Origin: an uncultured Bacilli bacterium
Lineage (GTDB): Bacteria > Bacillota_I > Bacilli_A > RF39 > UBA660
Assembly (NCBI GenBank): GCA_947589435.1
Contig: CANQBI010000004.1
Span: forward strand, 1 to 55,091
Direction: 5' to 3'
DNA length: 55,091 nucleotides
Shown here in pieces: positions 19,336-31,311 of the stretch. The notes below the pieces were generated by a model. That model was not told the origin of the DNA, did not search any database, and saw nothing but the letters and a program-made list of their open reading frames with translations. The position numbers and the translations under genes are program-made. Positions within the stretch are counted from its first letter, which is position 1. Every line of letters starts with the position of its first letter.

Positions 19336-20127
19336 ATGAAGACAAGAATTATAAGTGCCATTATTGCCCTATTAATCTTTATTCCTTTAATTTGGCTAGG
19401 AAGTTATCCATTTGCGATTGCGATGGGTGTTTTAAGTATTTTAGCTTATAAGGAAATGATGGATTTAAAAGAAAGTAAAGAGTTTATTCCTGATGCCATT
19501 AAAATATTAGGACTTTTATGTGTTTTATATTTAGTTTTAGGTAATTATGGAAATTATTCTTTAGAGTATTCGGTAAGTTTACCAAGACTTTTACTTCCTT
19601 TTGTTTTATTATTAATTCCCGTTGTGTTTTATAAAAAGGATGAATATTTAACTAGAAATGCTTTTACAACTTTAGGAATTGTTTATTTAATTGGGATATT
19701 TTTTAATTTATTAATTGCAATCAGGAGTGTTAATATTAGCCTACTTATCTATTTATTAAGTGTTACTATTTTAACTGATACATTCGCTTATGCAATTGGT
19801 AAATTAATTGGCAAACATAAAATGTGTCCTAAAATTAGTCCGCATAAGACTTGGGAAGGATTCTATGGAGGACTTATTGGGGGATCTCTTGGCGGTTTAA
19901 TTGTTTATGGTAACTTACTTGGACCAATTTCTTTTAAAGTTGTGTTTGTAACGATAGTTTTATCTTTAATTGGTCAAGTTGGCGATTTATTCTATAGTAA
20001 AATTAAAAGAGAAAATAAGATTAAAGATTTTTCGAATATTATGCCAGGACATGGTGGTGTTCTTGATCGAGTAGATAGTTTATCATTTGTGGTATTTGCT
20101 TATATTATATTATATTGGTTAATCTAA
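19336..20127 (+). CDS. cdsA: Phosphatidate cytidylyltransferase
   Basis: DTFAY..G...GKHK..P.ISP.KTWEG, GDL..S.IKR...IKD...IMPGHGG.LDR.DS. Confidence 0.96.
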   Translation: MKTRIISAIIALLIFIPLIWLGSYPFAIAMGVLSILAYKEMMDLKESKEFIPDAIKILGLLCVLYLVLGNYGNYSLEYSVSLPRLLLPFVLLLIPVVFYKKDEYLTRNAFTTLGIVYLIGIFFNLLIAIRSVNISLLIYLLSVTILTDTFAYAIGKLIGKHKMCPKISPHKTWEGFYGGLIGGSLGGLIVYGNLLGPISFKVVFVTIVLSLIGQVGDLFYSKIKRENKIKDFSNIMPGHGGVLDRVDSLSFVVFAYIILYWLI

Positions 20128-20141
20128 AAGGAGGATAATTT

Positions 20142-21194
20142 ATGTGGTTTTTAACATTAATATTATTTATATTTATTTTAGGAGTTATCGTTTTAGTTCA
20201 TGAATTAGGGCACTTCCTATGGGCTAAGGCTTTTGGCGTTCATATTTATGAATTTTCGATTGGAATGGGTCCAGTTATTCATTCTTGGAAAGGTAAAAAA
20301 GATAAGGTAACTTATAACTTAAGAGCGCTTCCAATTGGCGGATTTGTATCTATGGCGGGAGAAGTTTATGAAGATGATAAAAAAATTCCTAAGAGTAAAA
20401 GTTTATGTAACAAACCAATTTGGCAAAGAGTAATTGTTATGCTTGCCGGAGTTACCAATAACTTTATTATGGCTTTACTTTTATTATTTGTGATTTCTCT
20501 TGTTTGGGGAAGTACTTCCTTAAAACCTAAAATTTTAGATGTTGTTGATAATTATCCGGTTAAAGAAGCGGGGATTGTTCCAGGGGATACCATTGTATCT
20601 ATTAACAATCATAAAGTAAATACTTGGGATGAAGCCCAAATAATCTTATATTATAAAAATAAAAATGATTATACGGATTTTCAAATAAAACATGAAGATG
20701 GTAAAGTTGAAAATTATCGGATTACCCCTGTAGAGGAAAAAGATGAAGATGGTAATGAAAGACTTGTCTACGGAATGACTGTTAACCAAGAAGAAACACA
20801 TGGTTTTCTTGCTAAAGTTAAATATACTTTTGAAAAATTTTGGTCTATTGTTGTATCCATGTGGTTAACGATAGTGGGACTTGTTACGGGTAAGATTTCC
20901 ATCGGAGCCTTAAGTGGACCTGTAGGTATTTATTCAGTTGTTGGCGAAAGTGCCAAAGCAGGATTATATTCAATTGTCTATCTAGTGGCTTATCTAAGTA
21001 TTAATGTTGGGGTAATTAATATTATTCCAATCCCAGCCTTTGATGGTGGAAGAGTTTTATTCTTAATTATTGAAAAGATTAAAGGTAGTCCAATCAATGA
21101 AAAAATAGAGAGTTGGTTCATTAATATAACATTTATATTATTAATGCTTTTAATTGTCGTTGTTACGATTAATGATATAATTAGATTATTTTAA
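20142..21194 (+). CDS. rseP: RIP metalloprotease RseP
   Basis: HELGH, FSIGMGP, PDZ region, NIIPIPAFDGG. Confidence 0.95.
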   Translation: MWFLTLILFIFILGVIVLVHELGHFLWAKAFGVHIYEFSIGMGPVIHSWKGKKDKVTYNLRALPIGGFVSMAGEVYEDDKKIPKSKSLCNKPIWQRVIVMLAGVTNNFIMALLLLFVISLVWGSTSLKPKILDVVDNYPVKEAGIVPGDTIVSINNHKVNTWDEAQIILYYKNKNDYTDFQIKHEDGKVENYRITPVEEKDEDGNERLVYGMTVNQEETHGFLAKVKYTFEKFWSIVVSMWLTIVGLVTGKISIGALSGPVGIYSVVGESAKAGLYSIVYLVAYLSINVGVINIIPIPAFDGGRVLFLIIEKIKGSPINEKIESWFINITFILLMLLIVVVTINDIIRLF

Positions 21195-21228
21195 GTAAGC
21201 ATTTGCTTACTTTTTATGTAGGTTGGTT

Positions 21229-21750
21229 ATGAAAGAAGTTTTAAGAAAAAAATATTTAAGTATTCGGAAAGGAATAGATAATAAAGAGTTAAAAGATAAA
21301 GAAATATTTAATAAAGTTATTCATAATTCAAAAGTTAATAAATCTCATAAAGTATTAATTTATGTATCTTTAGAAGATGAAGTAGATACTCTTAATTTAA
21401 TTAAATATTTTTTAGATAATTCTTATGTTGTGGGTGTACCTAAAGTAAATAAAGATATAATGGAATTTCATTATCTAAATAGTTTAGAAGAATTAAGAGA
21501 AGGTTATAAAGGAATTTTGGAACCCCAAAATGCTGATGTAATAAAGGATTTTCAAGATTTTGTTTGTCTTACTCCGGGAATTTGCTTTGATAAAATGGGT
21601 TATCGCATTGGCTATGGTAAAGGTTATTATGATAAGTTTTTTAGAAAAAATCAAGTTTATAAAATAGGCCTTAGTTATAAAGAATTAGTAATTGATAATG
21701 TATACCATAATAATTTAGATATAAATGTTGATGAAATTATTACTGATTAA
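21229..21750 (+). CDS. 5-formyltetrahydrofolate cyclo-ligase
   Basis: GILEP, PG..FD..GYRIGYGKGYYD. Confidence 0.93.
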   Translation: MKEVLRKKYLSIRKGIDNKELKDKEIFNKVIHNSKVNKSHKVLIYVSLEDEVDTLNLIKYFLDNSYVVGVPKVNKDIMEFHYLNSLEELREGYKGILEPQNADVIKDFQDFVCLTPGICFDKMGYRIGYGKGYYDKFFRKNQVYKIGLSYKELVIDNVYHNNLDINVDEIITD

Positions 21751-21798
21751 ATTACAAATATAATAGTCTAATTTAAAAAATAATGTTATAATAAGGTT

Positions 21799-21875
21799 GT
21801 TCTTGTAGCTCAGTTGGATAGAGCGTATGCCTCCGACGCATAAGGCCGAGGGTTCGAATCCCTCCAAGAACACCA
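21799..21875 (+). tRNA. tRNA-Arg(CCG)
   Basis: Acceptor GTTCTTG/CAAGAAC, D-loop AGTTGGATA with A20, anticodon arm TATGC-CTCCGAC-GCATA, GGTTCGAATCC, encoded CCA. Confidence 0.95.
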
Positions 21876-21893
21876 TTTTTGTGAGGTGAAAGA

Positions 21894-22778
21894 ATGAAAA
21901 TTTTAAAAAACATAGCCTTAGTAATTTTAGTCATTGTTTTATTTTTAGGAAGTTTTAGTTTAATAACTTTATTTACGGTTAAACATACAGTTTCTAAAGA
22001 TAGTATTAAAGATATGATTGTAAGCACGGATGTGGAAAAGATAATCAAAGAAAATCCAGAACTAGAAAGTTCCCTAAAGGATTCTTTAAAAGAAGTATAT
22101 GATACTTTAGAAGAACTTAATATTAATGAAGACATTGTATTAAAAGTTTTAAATTCTTCCGAAGTAAAAGGTTTAGTAGGAGATGTTACAGGTAAAGTAG
22201 CCGAATATTTCTTAGAAGGTAAAAATCAAAAGTTAATTGATGCGGACAATATAACTTCTATTATTGGGGGAGTAATGGATGATATCAATGAAACTAAATT
22301 ATATAATTTTACCGAAAAAGAAAAGAATGATATTTTAGATAGTATTAAAAAAGGTATTGAAGATAATGAAGAATTATTACCAGATACTAGTATTTTAGAA
22401 GATACTTTAACGGAAGAAGAACAACAAGACTTAGAAGTAGTAAGATTTATCTTTAGTGGAGAATTATTTACTTATATTTTAATTGGTAGTTTAATTGCCT
22501 TTGGTTTAATTGTTGTCTTATCATTAAAGAAAGCGAAATGGATAAAGATAACTTCATCTACTATTTTAGCTTCAGGTACTCTTATGGCAATTTTGATGCT
22601 TGTCTTACTTGTAGGTACCAAACTATTAGGAACTGAATATAGTTATGTTGTTGATATTATTAAAATGATGCCAATATTTGGTTTAAAAGTAGCCGTTGTA
22701 ATCATCATTTTAATGATTGCTATCCTTATTGCTTATCATTTAATTAATAAACATAAAAATATTCCTAATAATAATTAA
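21894..22778 (+). CDS. Hypothetical membrane protein
   Basis: N-terminal TM, acidic domain, three C-terminal TM helices; GAGGTG RBS. Confidence 0.75.
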   Translation: MKILKNIALVILVIVLFLGSFSLITLFTVKHTVSKDSIKDMIVSTDVEKIIKENPELESSLKDSLKEVYDTLEELNINEDIVLKVLNSSEVKGLVGDVTGKVAEYFLEGKNQKLIDADNITSIIGGVMDDINETKLYNFTEKEKNDILDSIKKGIEDNEELLPDTSILEDTLTEEEQQDLEVVRFIFSGELFTYILIGSLIAFGLIVVLSLKKAKWIKITSSTILASGTLMAILMLVLLVGTKLLGTEYSYVVDIIKMMPIFGLKVAVVIIILMIAILIAYHLINKHKNIPNNN

Positions 22779-22829
22779 AATAACTTCAATAGTTATTTTT
22801 TTTTTGGTATAATTATTATGAGGTTAGAT

Positions 22830-24908
22830 ATGGAATATTTAGACAGTTTAAATAAAGAACAAAAAGAAGCAGTTATGCATATTGATGGCCCATGTCTAGT
22901 AGTAGCGGGGGCTGGTTCAGGTAAGACTAAAGTTCTTACAACTAGAATTGCTTATCTTATTGATAAAGGTATTTATAGTAGTCATATTTTAGCGATTACT
23001 TTTACAAATAAAGCTGCGAAGGAAATGAAAGAAAGAGTTGGAAGGCTTACTTCAAATAGTTATGCTTTTGTAGGAACCTTCCATTCTTTTGGGTTAAGAA
23101 TAATTAAAGAAAATTATGAAGTAATGGGCTTAAAGAAAAATTTTACTATCATCGATTCGGATGATGTTTTAACCATTATTAAAAAAGTTATGAAAGAAAA
23201 AGGGATGGATGTAAGGGAAATATCGCCATCTTATGTAAGAAATAGAATTAGCTTTATTAAAAATGAAATGTTAAGTGTAAGTGATATTGCTAAATATTTT
23301 TTAAGTGATATTGAAAAGAAGGCTGCCGAAGTTTATTTTGAATATGAAAAAACTTTAAGAAAAAATAATGTTATTGATTTTGATGATTTATTAAAATTAC
23401 CGGTAGAATTATTTGAAAGTCACGAAGATATTTTAGATTTATATCAAGAAAAATATCAATATATTTTGGTAGATGAATATCAAGATACCAATGAAGTGCA
23501 ATATAAAATGATTAAACTTTTAGCCAGTAAATATCGGAATATCTTTGTTGTTGGAGATCAAAATCAAGCTATTTATGGTTTTAGACAAGCGAATTATAAA
23601 AATATTTTAAATTTTGAAAAAGATTATCCGGATGCGGAAGTTTATGTTTTAAATCAAAATTATCGGAGTACAACCACCATTTTAAATGCGGCCAATTCGG
23701 TTATTAAAAATAATGTGGAAAGAAAAGAAGTTAATTTATTTAGTGAACTAGGGGAAGGTGTCAAGGTTAAATATTTAAAATGCAAAACAGGTTTAGATGA
23801 AGCAAATTTAATTATTAAAGAAATTGAAAATTTACTTTCTATAGGTTATCAAAAGAAAGATATTGCGATTTTTTATAGAACTAATGCCCAATCCCGGATT
23901 TATGAAGAAGCCTTAATTAAGAATGGTTTACCTTATAAAGTAGTAGGTAGTTTTTACTTCTATAAAAGAAAAGAAATTAAAGATTTAATATGTTATTTAA
24001 AATTAATTGCGAATACCGATGACGATGTTTCTCTTTTAAGAGTTATTAATGAACCAAAAAGAGGCATTGGGGCTAAATCAATTGAAGGTTTAACAGGAAA
24101 AGCGAGAAGAGAAGGCACTTCTATTTTTGAGACCATTGATGGTGGTAAAGAACAAGATTTTAAAAATATGATTTTAGATATCCAAAAGGAAAGTGAGAAT
24201 TTATCTTTAACGGAATTAATTGATTTAGTGTTAGAAAAAAGTAAAATGAAAGAAGAGTTAGAGAAAGTTCATACTTTAGAAGCTGACATTAGACTGGAAA
24301 ACTTAATGGAATTTAGAAGTATAACGGAAAATTATCAAAATGTTACTGGTAGTGTTAATTTACAAGACTTTTTAGAGGAAGTAAGTTTAATTGCGGACAT
24401 TACCGAACATAAAGAAGAAAATGATGAAATAACTTTAATGACTTTTCATTCCGCTAAAGGGTTAGAGTTTAAAGTGGTCTTTATGGTAGGCATGGAAGAT
24501 GGTCTTATGCCTCATATGAATGCTTTTGATGAAAAAAATGGCATTGAAGAAGAAAGAAGACTTTGCTATGTGGGGATAACGAGAGCCAAAGAAAGATTAT
24601 ATTTAACTAATGCGAAGATGAGAATGCTTTATGGTAAAGAAATGTTTAATGTTCCATCACGCTTTATTGCGGAAATTGATCCTAAATATTTAGAAGTAAG
24701 TGGTGAAGAAGAAAAAATAAATAAAGAAAGTTATTATACCGAAAATAGTGAAGAATGTGATTATAAAAGTGGAGATGTTGTTACGCATTTAACCTATGGC
24801 AGAGGGGTTGTTATATCCGTTGATGACCGGTTTGTCAGTGTGGCCTTTAGTAAACAATACGGTATTAGAAAATTCTTAAAAAACTATAAAGGACTAAAGA
24901 AAGGATAA
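22830..24908 (+). CDS. pcrA: ATP-dependent DNA helicase PcrA/UvrD
   Basis: AGAGSGKT, TFTNKAA, VDEYQDTN, NYRST, EEERRL.YVGITRA; near ligA. Confidence 0.96.
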   Translation: MEYLDSLNKEQKEAVMHIDGPCLVVAGAGSGKTKVLTTRIAYLIDKGIYSSHILAITFTNKAAKEMKERVGRLTSNSYAFVGTFHSFGLRIIKENYEVMGLKKNFTIIDSDDVLTIIKKVMKEKGMDVREISPSYVRNRISFIKNEMLSVSDIAKYFLSDIEKKAAEVYFEYEKTLRKNNVIDFDDLLKLPVELFESHEDILDLYQEKYQYILVDEYQDTNEVQYKMIKLLASKYRNIFVVGDQNQAIYGFRQANYKNILNFEKDYPDAEVYVLNQNYRSTTTILNAANSVIKNNVERKEVNLFSELGEGVKVKYLKCKTGLDEANLIIKEIENLLSIGYQKKDIAIFYRTNAQSRIYEEALIKNGLPYKVVGSFYFYKRKEIKDLICYLKLIANTDDDVSLLRVINEPKRGIGAKSIEGLTGKARREGTSIFETIDGGKEQDFKNMILDIQKESENLSLTELIDLVLEKSKMKEELEKVHTLEADIRLENLMEFRSITENYQNVTGSVNLQDFLEEVSLIADITEHKEENDEITLMTFHSAKGLEFKVVFMVGMEDGLMPHMNAFDEKNGIEEERRLCYVGITRAKERLYLTNAKMRMLYGKEMFNVPSRFIAEIDPKYLEVSGEEEKINKESYYTENSEECDYKSGDVVTHLTYGRGVVISVDDRFVSVAFSKQYGIRKFLKNYKGLKKG

Positions 24909-24912
24909 AAAG

Positions 24913-27812
<2,900 letters not shown>

Positions 27813-27947
27813 CCTTCTTTTGTCATTTTAAAAGGTTAGAGTAAGTTCTCTAACCATCTTTTTTAGTTGCCATATGTAGGGCTGGCTTCACCCACTTTTT
27901 TTAACAATTTAATAATATCACATTTTTTCCAAAAAGTATAACAATTT

Positions 27948-28145
27948 TTAATAAATTTCTTTTATATATTTAACAATATCTTCATCACTTATGTTAAGAA
28001 TTAATATAAGTTTTCTTAATGTTTCAAATGAAGGCCTACTTTTTTCTTTTTCAATTCTTTGCATTTGCCTCCAAGTAATGTCAAGTTTTTCCGCCAGTTG
28101 TTCTTGGGTTAATCCAGCCTTTAACCTATATTCTTTAAATAACAA
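27948..28145 (-). CDS. XRE-family HTH regulator, divergent from cassette 3
   Basis: YR...GLTQEQLAE.L.......IE....RPS; GAGGTG RBS, TTG start. Confidence 0.9.
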   Translation of the reverse strand: MLFKEYRLKAGLTQEQLAEKLDITWRQMQRIEKEKSRPSFETLRKLILILNISDEDIVKYIKEIY

Positions 28146-28337
28146 TATATCACCTCGTATTTATTATGTCATTTTGTGTCTTGCTTTGTTATGGTATTTA
28201 ATATCATATTTTGCCTTGCTTTTTATTTAAATATAATTTATAATAAATATGACATATAATATCATAAAAGAATAACAAAATGTTATTTTTATATGTATAC
28301 AATAATCGGTATTAGCAACACACAAAAAGGAGGTAAA

Positions 28338-29039
28338 ATGTTAATAAATTTAGAAAATAAAAAAATATATATTGTGATAATAATTCTTTCTATTGTTGTA
28401 TTTGTAACTTTATTTAAATTAGTATTGAAAGATACTCATGCTTATTATAGTTATGACAGTGGTTGGACTCCAATATTTACCGGTAAGGTTGGAAACTTTG
28501 TTGGAGGGGGAGAAAGTGTTAAACAAGGTCCAGTAGATGTAGAAAGTGATGTAAATGTTATATTTTATACTCAAGTATCAAGTGATACTAAAAAATATAA
28601 AGAAAGAAAATTTATGCCAATCGGAGATTATGTTTTAAATAGTGAGGCATCTAATTGCTATCCAGCAAAGGGTAATGAAGTAACTTATGATGGTAATAAT
28701 TATTATAAAGTAAATGAAGATGGAAGTATAAGTATAAAATACACTGAAGCCAAACCAACTCAAGTAACTTGTCGATTATATTATGATATAGATACTTCAA
28801 ATAACAATAATATAGAAGGAGACATATCGGTATACGCTTTTATTAAAGATACTAACGGAAACAAAGAATATAATGGAGATAAATATAAATTTACAAGTAT
28901 TGTAGATAAAACATGGAATTTAGATGGACACGAATGTGATTTTGAAAATAACATAACTAGGTTTGATTATACAAGTGAAACAGGGTTTAGTATTTCATCA
29001 GTTGGATCAAATGTCTGCTTTGCGTATTTTAGTAAATAG
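28338..29039 (+). CDS. Cassette 3 gene A, secreted/membrane-anchored Cys-containing protein
   Basis: DTHAYY..PIFTGKVGNF, SNCYPA, KPTQVTCRLYYD, CFAYFSK; ATG after AGGAGG. Confidence 0.85.
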   Translation: MLINLENKKIYIVIIILSIVVFVTLFKLVLKDTHAYYSYDSGWTPIFTGKVGNFVGGGESVKQGPVDVESDVNVIFYTQVSSDTKKYKERKFMPIGDYVLNSEASNCYPAKGNEVTYDGNNYYKVNEDGSISIKYTEAKPTQVTCRLYYDIDTSNNNNIEGDISVYAFIKDTNGNKEYNGDKYKFTSIVDKTWNLDGHECDFENNITRFDYTSETGFSISSVGSNVCFAYFSK

Positions 29040-29051
29040 AAGGGAATAGAA

Positions 29052-30200
29052 ATGAAAAAGAAAATAATGTTAAAAGGTATTGTTATAATATTAATAGTGG
29101 TAGAAGTTATATCATTATACTTATTGTATAACACAGGCAATAAAAATGTATTAGATGAGGTGGTAGCAACATCATTAAAAAATAAGAAACAATCCATAGC
29201 GATAATGGTCCAACAGGATGATAACACATGGAGGGCTGCTGAAAATAGAAATGCTTGGCCAAGTTCGGCAACTCATGGTTTTGTTGGTTCTAAATGTTAT
29301 GATGGAAATGGAGCATTAGTAGAAAGTTTGGATGTACTTAAATTTGATTTAAATACATATACAGCCATAATAAACACAACAAACAGTGTTTATTGTACAT
29401 TATACTTCGCTAAAGGAAAAAATGCTTTAGAACTATTGCAAGAAAAAGGTAAAACAACTTTTGCTAGTGGAAACTTAATCGCAGTAGATGGACTATACCG
29501 TTTTAAAGGAACATATAGTCAAGTATTAAATAATTACATATGTTTTGGAACAACAGTAGAAAGTACATGTACAGGTACTCCAGCAACATATATGTATAGA
29601 ATAATAGGAATATCAAGTGAAGCAGATAATACAATAGGATTATATTCAAGTCAATTAAAAATAATAAAAGCGGTACCATCACTAACAAACCAAGAGTGGG
29701 GTGGCTTCATGTATAACTATCCTGTATGGGAAGAATCGAAATTAAAAGAATATTTAAACACAACATTTCTAAATACGATAAAAAATGGAACTGATGGAAC
29801 ATACTGGAATGGCATAATAAGTCAACATGGATGGTATGTAACAGTTCAAGAAAGTCTGCCAGGAACAGTAGAACCAAAAGATACAACACTTGCAGGAGAC
29901 TCAAATAATATAATAGGGTTAATGTATGCAACAGATTTTAATAATGCTGGAAATTGGTTATTATTAAGTAATGGTTGGACAAATAATTCTCCAGATGGAG
30001 AGTGGACCATGAGTAAATTCGATGATGATGTGGGTTCTGGTGCTTGGTACATTGATCAAAGTGGTTATGTGACGAACGCATATATTGAACGTGAATTATC
30101 AGTTCGGCCTGTCTTCTATCTTAATACAGGAACTAATTTAACAGGAGAAGGAACCAAAGACCATCCATTTATAATATCAGGGGTAATGCCTCAAGATTAA
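29052..30200 (+). CDS. Cassette 3 gene B, surface protein with DGR-target-like C-terminus
   Basis: EWTMSK..AWYI...G.V.....LSVRPVFYL; paralog of the other two B genes. Confidence 0.85.
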   Translation: MKKKIMLKGIVIILIVVEVISLYLLYNTGNKNVLDEVVATSLKNKKQSIAIMVQQDDNTWRAAENRNAWPSSATHGFVGSKCYDGNGALVESLDVLKFDLNTYTAIINTTNSVYCTLYFAKGKNALELLQEKGKTTFASGNLIAVDGLYRFKGTYSQVLNNYICFGTTVESTCTGTPATYMYRIIGISSEADNTIGLYSSQLKIIKAVPSLTNQEWGGFMYNYPVWEESKLKEYLNTTFLNTIKNGTDGTYWNGIISQHGWYVTVQESLPGTVEPKDTTLAGDSNNIIGLMYATDFNNAGNWLLLSNGWTNNSPDGEWTMSKFDDDVGSGAWYIDQSGYVTNAYIERELSVRPVFYLNTGTNLTGEGTKDHPFIISGVMPQD

Positions 30201-30212
30201 AATTAGTATAAA

Positions 30213-30320
30213 TACTTGACAAAGTTCGACAGAAATGTCGAATTTTGTCATAATATTAGAAGTTTTGACATGTTTTGTCGAACGACTTGACTTAGAAAAA
30301 AATATCTATAAAATATAGTC
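30213..30320 (+). repeat. 108-bp palindrome plus promoter element, copy 2
   Basis: About 101/108 identical to 15481-15588; 12 bp after the gene B stop in both cases. Confidence 0.9.
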
Positions 30321-30395
30321 TTTGAGATGGGAAATCTCGCCTGCTTTTCAAGGGGGTTTTGAAAAAAATCTTTATTGGAAAGGACGGTGGTGTTT

Positions 30396-30509
30396 ATGGA
30401 TGTGATAATAGGAATATTATTTAAGTTCATATCTTTGATTATAGACAACTTGTTTAAACGCAATAAAAAAGACACTACTTCAGTTCGAATTGATATTCGA
30501 ATAAAGTAG
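30396..30509 (+). CDS. Putative type I toxin peptide (37 aa, not in ORF track)
   Basis: GAAAGGACGGTGG RBS region; MDVIIGILFKFISLIIDNLFKRNKKDTTSVRIDIRIK, hydrophobic helix plus basic tail. Confidence 0.72.
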   Translation: MDVIIGILFKFISLIIDNLFKRNKKDTTSVRIDIRIK

Positions 30510-30548
30510 TGAAATAACCACATTGGCGATGGTAACCCATCTCCATTA
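30464..30548 (-). ncRNA. Putative antisense antitoxin RNA
   Basis: Minus-strand TTGAAT-N17-TATAAT at 30554-30582; hairpin CACTACTT..AAGTAGTG with U-tail on minus; overlaps the 3' end of the peptide gene. Confidence 0.7.
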
Positions 30549-30697
30549 ATTAGATTATACCAAAATGTTGAATAATATTCAATAAGTAGGTAATTTTGTA
30601 AAATAAAATATTTAATGCCAATTATGTCCAAATGTGTCTATTGTTATTTACTTTAAAATAAAATAGTTATATATTTATTTTTGGTAGGAGTTATATT

Positions 30698-31027
30698 ATG
30701 GCTGATAAAAAATTAGAAGAAGTATTTGATAACTATGATGTTATTTTATTAAATTTTAAAAGTTGTTTTGAAAAATTAGAAGAATATATGTTAAATAATG
30801 AAATGGATTATGATATTTTATTATCTTTTTGTAGTGATATGTTAAAAGAATTAGAGGATGCAGCTTACAATAATGTGGAGTTAGCCGAAACTCTAAACAC
30901 TTCCAATAAAACTGCTTTAATTGAGGGTGCAAATCAAAGATATGAAAAGATAAGAGAACTTCACAATATGTTTATGATGAAAACTGCTAAATTAATAAGT
31001 AGAGAAGAACTAAGTATTCATAGATAA
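30698..31027 (+). CDS. Hypothetical protein
   Basis: 109 aa ORF with AGGAG RBS; no motif recognised. Confidence 0.65.
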   Translation: MADKKLEEVFDNYDVILLNFKSCFEKLEEYMLNNEMDYDILLSFCSDMLKELEDAAYNNVELAETLNTSNKTALIEGANQRYEKIRELHNMFMMKTAKLISREELSIHR

Positions 31028-31056
31028 AAAAATAACCCGAAATATAAATTTCTAGG

Positions 31057-31215
31057 TTATTTTAATTTTTTTGCTTCTCTTGCACTAATAATTACTTTTT
31101 CCCCATTAATTGTCTTTTTTTGTAAATTAGGTTTTTGTTTCATTTTTGTAGCATTTAAAGCATGGCTTCTTAAATTACCTGTTAAAGGTTTTTTATTTGT
31201 TATTTTCTTAGCCAT
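31057..31215 (-). CDS. rpmB: 50S ribosomal protein L28
   Basis: KKP..GN.RSHALNATK....PNLQ; AAGGAGG RBS. Confidence 0.92.
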   Translation of the reverse strand: MAKKITNKKPLTGNLRSHALNATKMKQKPNLQKKTINGEKVIISAREAKKLK

Positions 31216-31311
31216 AAGAATGCCTCCTTTTTCCTTTAAAAACTTTATCATATATTAAAAGATATGTCAAATGTTTTCAAGTAATGTTATAATATATTTA
31301 GAGGAGTTTTT

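Noticed and set aside
21799-21875. CGG or AGG codon reassignment as reported in some uncultured Bacilli
   Set aside because: The tRNA(CCG) keeps the Arg determinant A20; CGG falls at an Arg-typical site in GlyS (DIRKFN) and AGG at one in DnaE (VRKAM). Only spot-checked.
30248-30631. 127-aa minus-strand ORF
   Set aside because: It crosses the 108-bp element and the better supported toxin/antisense signals; no RBS or recognisable motif.
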